From: an uncultured Methanosarcinales archaeon
Lineage (GTDB): Archaea; Nanobdellota; Nanobdellia; Woesearchaeales; GW2011-AR9
Length of the DNA stretch: 64,000 nucleotides
Assembly (NCBI GenBank): GCA_964343575.1
Contig: CAYFJV010000001.1
Coordinates: 91,402-155,401, forward strand
Direction of reading: 5' to 3'
The notes under the pieces are model-generated. The model did not search any database, was not told the DNA's origin, and saw only the letters and a list, made by a program, of their open reading frames with translations. The position numbers and the translations under genes are program-made. Shown one piece after another: positions 60,352 through 64,000 of this stretch; positions within the stretch are counted from its first letter, which is position 1; every line of letters starts with the position of its first letter.

Positions 60352-61128
60352 ATGAAAGTCAAAAAGGAATTTTCCAGCAAAGATGGATTGAAAGTGAAGC
60401 TTTCTGTGAGTGATGCAAGCGAAGCTTTCCTTAACACCGTTCGTCGTCTTGTGATGGAGGAAGTTCCGACTTTAGCTGTAGAAGATGTTGAGATTAGAGA
60501 TAATAGCTCTGCTCTTTATGATGAGATGATTGCTCTTCGTTTAGGTTTGCTTCCAATTAAAACAGATCTTTCAAGTTATTCTTTGCCAAAGAGCGAAGAT
60601 GAAGTAAAGGAAAGAGCTGCAAGTTGTACTCTTCAGATGACTTTGAAAGCAGCAAAGAAAGGAAATGTTCTTGCTGAAGCGATCCAAAGTAAGGATCCAA
60701 AGTGTGTTCCTATTTATGGTGAGATGCCTGTCGTTAAACTTGGCGCAAAGCAGAAGATTGATATGACTTTGTGGGCAGTTATGGGGCAAGGGAAAAATCA
60801 CATTAAATGGAGTCCAGGACTTGCTTGGTTTAGCAGAAAAGCAGAACTCAAAGTAGATAACAAATCTGCAAAGCTTGCAGTTTTTAAAGATAAGTTTCCT
60901 CCTCAAATCTTTGATAAGGATGGAAAAATTAGTGAGAAAAAGATCCTTGAGCTTGATTTAGTTGATGCGGTTGATCGTGTTTGTGATGAGGTTGTAAAGG
61001 TAACTTATGCTCCGAGAGAGTTTACTCTTACTCTTGAGTCTTGGGGACAGTTGACTCCAGCTGAGATCTTGGGAGAGAGTGCAAAGATTCTTGCTGCAAA
61101 AGTAGAAGAACTTGAGGCACAATTATAA
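60352..61128 (+). CDS. rpoD: DNA-directed RNA polymerase subunit D (Rpo3)
   Basis: FLNTVRRLVMEEVPTLAVEDVEIRDNSSALYDEMIALRLGLLPI is the RpoD/Rpb3 dimerisation-domain signature, and the gene sits at the conserved position after S11. No Fe-S Cys cluster is evident. Confidence 0.88.
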   Translation: MKVKKEFSSKDGLKVKLSVSDASEAFLNTVRRLVMEEVPTLAVEDVEIRDNSSALYDEMIALRLGLLPIKTDLSSYSLPKSEDEVKERAASCTLQMTLKAAKKGNVLAEAIQSKDPKCVPIYGEMPVVKLGAKQKIDMTLWAVMGQGKNHIKWSPGLAWFSRKAELKVDNKSAKLAVFKDKFPPQIFDKDGKISEKKILELDLVDAVDRVCDEVVKVTYAPREFTLTLESWGQLTPAEILGESAKILAAKVEELEAQL

Positions 61129-61177
61129 TCATAAGAAATAACTTAGAGAAATAAGCTAGAAAAGAAAAGTGAAGAAA

Positions 61178-61537
61178 ATGGTAAAAAGAACAGGTCCGAC
61201 AAACACTGAACTTCAGGCCCTTTTAGGAGAGCTTGGCCAGGTTTCACGAGAGTCAAAACTCTGGAAACGTGTTGCAAAAGACCTTAGTAAATCTGCTCGT
61301 CAGCGAAGAGTTGTTAATTTGTATAAAATTAACAAATATGCTCGTGATGGGGAAACCATTTTGGTTCCTGGAAAGGTATTAAGTGTTGGTGATCTTGATA
61401 AGAAAGTGGTGGTTGCTGCTTTTTCATTCTCGGGAGAAGCTAAAGAAAAAATCTTGAAGAAAAATGGCTCAGTATTATCTATTAAAGAACTCCTTAAACA
61501 GAATCCGCAAGGAAAACAAGTGAGGATTTTAGGATGA
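61178..61537 (+). CDS. rpl18e: 50S ribosomal protein L18e
   Basis: MVKRTGPTNTELQALL...RRVVNLYKINKYARDGETILVPGKVL, at the conserved cluster position. ATG 61178 is preferred over GTG 61169. Confidence 0.88.
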   Translation: MVKRTGPTNTELQALLGELGQVSRESKLWKRVAKDLSKSARQRRVVNLYKINKYARDGETILVPGKVLSVGDLDKKVVVAAFSFSGEAKEKILKKNGSVLSIKELLKQNPQGKQVRILG

Positions 61538-61965
61538 AAGTATTCAACGGAGAAGGCGTATTACTTGGACGTTTGTGTTCACAGGTAGCTAAAGCAGCAT
61601 TGCTTGGCGAAGAAGTTAAAGTAATTAACTGCGATAAAGTTGTTGTGAGCGGAAAGAAGCAAGTGGTTTTCTCTGAAGAGAAGGTAAAGCGTGCAAGACG
61701 TGGATATCCTTTAAAGAGTCAGAAGAGAATTCGTCTTTCTCACAGATATGTGCGAAGAGTTATTCGGGGGATGCTACCTTGGAAAACAACTCGGGGAAGA
61801 GAAGCTTTTGCTCGAGTACTTTGTTATACTGGTGTTCCTGAAGAGCTTGGAAATGTTCAAGCGCAGGCAATTGATTTAGGGAAGAAGATGTCTTTTGGAA
61901 AGCTTCCGAATGCAAAATATGTTACTGTTCAAGAATTGATTAAACATGTGGGTGGAAAAGAATAA
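61534..61965 (+). CDS. rpl13: 50S ribosomal protein L13 (uL13)
   Basis: LLGRLCSQVAKAALLGEEVKVINCDKVVVSG and VIRGMLPWKTTRGREA. The start overlaps the L18e stop (ATGA). Confidence 0.9.
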   Translation: MKVFNGEGVLLGRLCSQVAKAALLGEEVKVINCDKVVVSGKKQVVFSEEKVKRARRGYPLKSQKRIRLSHRYVRRVIRGMLPWKTTRGREAFARVLCYTGVPEELGNVQAQAIDLGKKMSFGKLPNAKYVTVQELIKHVGGKE

Positions 61966-62417
61966 TGGCTAAGAAAGCAGGAAAAACCACAAAGAAGGGA
62001 GTAGGAAAGGCTGCTAATGTGAAAGCAGGAATTATCCAAACTCAAGGAAAGCGTAAGCGAGCTATCGCAAGAGCTACTTTGAAGAAGGGAAAAGGAAAAG
62101 TGACTGTGAACGGTCAATACTTACAAAATTATACTCCTGAAATTTTACGATTACGTATTCAAGAACCTTTACTTTTGGCTGGAGCGCTTGCTCAAAAAGT
62201 TGATATTCAAGTTCGTGTTGCAGGTGGAGGAGTAAATGGTCAGGCTGACGCTGTTCGTTTGGCTATTGCAAGAGCACTTGTGCAGCAAGATGAAAGTTTG
62301 AAGAAGCCTTTTACGGCTTACGATCGTTTGTTGCTTGTAGCAGATATTCGACGTAAGGAAGCTTGTAAGCCAAATGATTCCAAGGCTCGTGCGAAGAGAC
62401 AGAAGTCTTACCGTTAA
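61965..62417 (+). CDS. rps9: 30S ribosomal protein S9 (uS9) with basic N-terminal extension
   Basis: TQGKRKRAIARATLKKGKGKVTVNG, GGGVNGQADAVRLAIARAL and the C-terminal ARAKRQKSYR. The TAATG start overlaps the L13 stop. Confidence 0.9.
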   Translation: MAKKAGKTTKKGVGKAANVKAGIIQTQGKRKRAIARATLKKGKGKVTVNGQYLQNYTPEILRLRIQEPLLLAGALAQKVDIQVRVAGGGVNGQADAVRLAIARALVQQDESLKKPFTAYDRLLLVADIRRKEACKPNDSKARAKRQKSYR

Positions 62418-62451
62418 GGGTTATAATTAATACCATGAGGCAAAATAAAAA

Positions 62452-62649
62452 ATGATAATTCCGATCCGATGTTTTAGCTGTGGAAAACCAGTTGCTCACC
62501 TTTGGGATAGCTATAAGGAGAGAGTGGCAAATGGTGAAGAAGCTAAGAAAGTAATGGATGAACTTGGTTTAGAGCGTTACTGTTGCCGAGGATTATTCTT
62601 GGGTCACGTAGATCTTATTGATGTTTCTATGGGCTTTAAGAAAGTTTAA
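62452..62649 (+). CDS. rpoN: DNA-directed RNA polymerase subunit N (Rpo10)
   Basis: MIIPIRCFSCGKPVAHLWDSY...LGLERYCCRGLFLGHVDL is the Rpo10 zinc-bundle signature. Confidence 0.93.
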   Translation: MIIPIRCFSCGKPVAHLWDSYKERVANGEEAKKVMDELGLERYCCRGLFLGHVDLIDVSMGFKKV

Positions 62650-62754
62650 GGTTTGGTTTTTTCTTTCCCTCTTATATTCTTAGATTTTGTTCTGTGTGCC
62701 TGTGAGAATTATGGGTGGGCCATTTTTTAAAACAGCTTTATTTTTCTTAGTTAC

Positions 62755-63363
62755 ATGAAAGTTGTGCCTTTTGGTCAGCAGAGTATAGATGATTTATGCA
62801 TTGATCTAAAGAGTCCTCCCATTCATCCGAGAGCGTATCCTGGTCAGGATTCAACTGTTTATCATGATACTAGAGAAGGCAAAGCAATTCATGTTTATGG
62901 GAGTCATGTAGATTTTGCTGGGGCAGTTCTCTATGCTCGGGCAGTGAATAGTGTGGCAGGCTTTCTGGGAGAGAACCCATTTTCAGAGGGCACCATGTTT
63001 GAAGGATCACCATGTTCAATAGATGTTTGTGTTAATCCTGTTGAGGAAGTTGGTGAAAGGTTATTCAGAGTTGGAGATGAAGTAATCCAAAGTGTGTATA
63101 CAGTTAGTCCTTTTGTAGAAGGATTATCTCTTTGTTGGCCTAGGCAAGCTAGTGATGAAGAACAGCGCGCTGTTGCCCGTTGTTGTAATATATTGTTTTA
63201 TGATAGAATTACTGGTCACATTGAAACTCAAAGCCCTGTTGCTTGTGTGGACATAAATCCTGTAAATGTAAAGTATTCTGTTGATAGGGTTAGATGTAGG
63301 ATAAGACTTACTATAACTGATCTTGCAAAGGATATTGGTATTGTGTTTTTTAAGGAAGGATAA
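62755..63363 (+). CDS. hypothetical protein
   Basis: 202-aa ORF with normal composition and several Cys. No motif recognised. Confidence 0.4.
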   Translation: MKVVPFGQQSIDDLCIDLKSPPIHPRAYPGQDSTVYHDTREGKAIHVYGSHVDFAGAVLYARAVNSVAGFLGENPFSEGTMFEGSPCSIDVCVNPVEEVGERLFRVGDEVIQSVYTVSPFVEGLSLCWPRQASDEEQRAVARCCNILFYDRITGHIETQSPVACVDINPVNVKYSVDRVRCRIRLTITDLAKDIGIVFFKEG

Positions 63364-63382
63364 CTTGATGCCTCTAGCATTC

Positions 63383-64000
63383 TTAGTATAAAACATAACT
63401 CAATATTTGCGTGATTAGGAAGAGTAGATAAAATCCAAGCAAAATCATCCCATGCTTTCTTGTAATTTCTTTGCCGCTCATAAACCAAAGCGCAAGTGCA
63501 ATAGATAGGGTCATGAAGAAAAGTGAAGTAAAGAAAGTTGTCTTTTCAAAAGAGATTGGGTTGATCACCGCAGCAAAACCTACAACAAGACAAATGTTGG
63601 TCATAAAGCTTCCAAAGATGTCTCCAAAAGCAATCTGTCGGACTCCACTAAAGACGGATTTTAATTCTACAGTCAGCTCAGGGATTGTTGTTCCAAAGGC
63701 AATGATAACAAGACCTACAATAAAATGAGGTATGTCAAAATTGTTTGCAAGCACTAAGCTTGAGAAAACCATCCAACGAGCAGCGAGCAGGAGGGCTCCA
63801 AGGGCAAAACCAAAAACAAGAATATCCTTCCAAATTTCTTTGAATTTAATGTCAGCAACAATGTTGCTTTCTCCTTTCTCTCTGAGGATGAGCGCCCCAA
63901 TGTAAATAATAAAGGCAAGGATGAGCAATGATCCTTCAAGTCGTGTGATTATGCCATCAAATCCGAAGAGAAGCAAAAGGAATGGTAGAATGATAAGTGA
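63383..64000 (-). CDS. Ca2+/cation antiporter (CaCA, YrbG-like) family membrane protein, C-terminal part (gene continues beyond window end)
   Basis: GTTIPELTVELKSVFSGVRQIAFGDIFGSFMTNICLVVG is the alpha-repeat (G-T-S/T-x-P-E) of Na+/Ca2+ exchangers. The reading frame stays open to base 64000, so the N-terminus lies outside the window. Confidence 0.75.
   Translation of the reverse strand, partial: SLIILPFLLLLFGFDGIITRLEGSLLILAFIIYIGALILREKGESNIVADIKFKEIWKDILVFGFALGALLLAARWMVFSSLVLANNFDIPHFIVGLVIIAFGTTIPELTVELKSVFSGVRQIAFGDIFGSFMTNICLVVGFAAVINPISFEKTTFFTSLFFMTLSIALALWFMSGKEITRKHGMILLGFYLLFLITQILSYVLY

Noticed and set aside
1-64000. CRISPR arrays, rRNA genes, IS elements
   Set aside because: Scanning the intergenic regions by eye showed no regularly spaced direct repeats, no rRNA-like conserved blocks and no transposase-like ORF. 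A proper repeat finder could still reveal short arrays that I missed.

Overview
AT-rich, gene-dense archaeal window. Archaeal markers are ribosomal proteins S13/S4/S11/L18e/L13/S9/L15e, RNA polymerase subunits D, N and L, GatE, RtcB, a fused PriS-PriL primase and an intron-containing tRNA-Leu. The compact fused primase, the giant secreted proteins and the patchy metabolism suggest a DPANN-type (nanoarchaeon-like) lineage; that is inference only. Content: (i) two blocks of very large, acidic, Cys-bearing secreted or lipobox proteins (1-7854 and 11118-17000). (ii) An accessory-looking stretch (about 17-31 kb) with a three-gene overlapping operon of unknown role, an HD hydrolase, two kinase-like proteins, a HicB-HicA-HicB locus, a RelE-type toxin-antitoxin pair and a bacterial-type sigma-70 family gene. 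(iii) Housekeeping and metabolic genes (ppa, nth, pyrD, lysA, aspartokinase, trxA, rtcB, gatE). (iv) The conserved archaeal S13-S4-S11-RpoD-L18e-L13-S9-RpoN cluster. Non-coding signals: tRNA-Thr(GGU); tRNA-Leu(UAA) with a 32-nt intron; a GC-rich 155-nt structured-RNA candidate (35329-35483); structured inverted-repeat elements sharing CTGACTTTAGT...GATGAATG (44553-44699 and 54369-54432); an exact 15-nt BRE/TATA word present three times; and an inverted gene-plus-promoter duplication (55072-56526). No rRNA, CRISPR array or recognisable transposase was seen. All functional calls rest on motifs read by eye from the translations. No database search was run.
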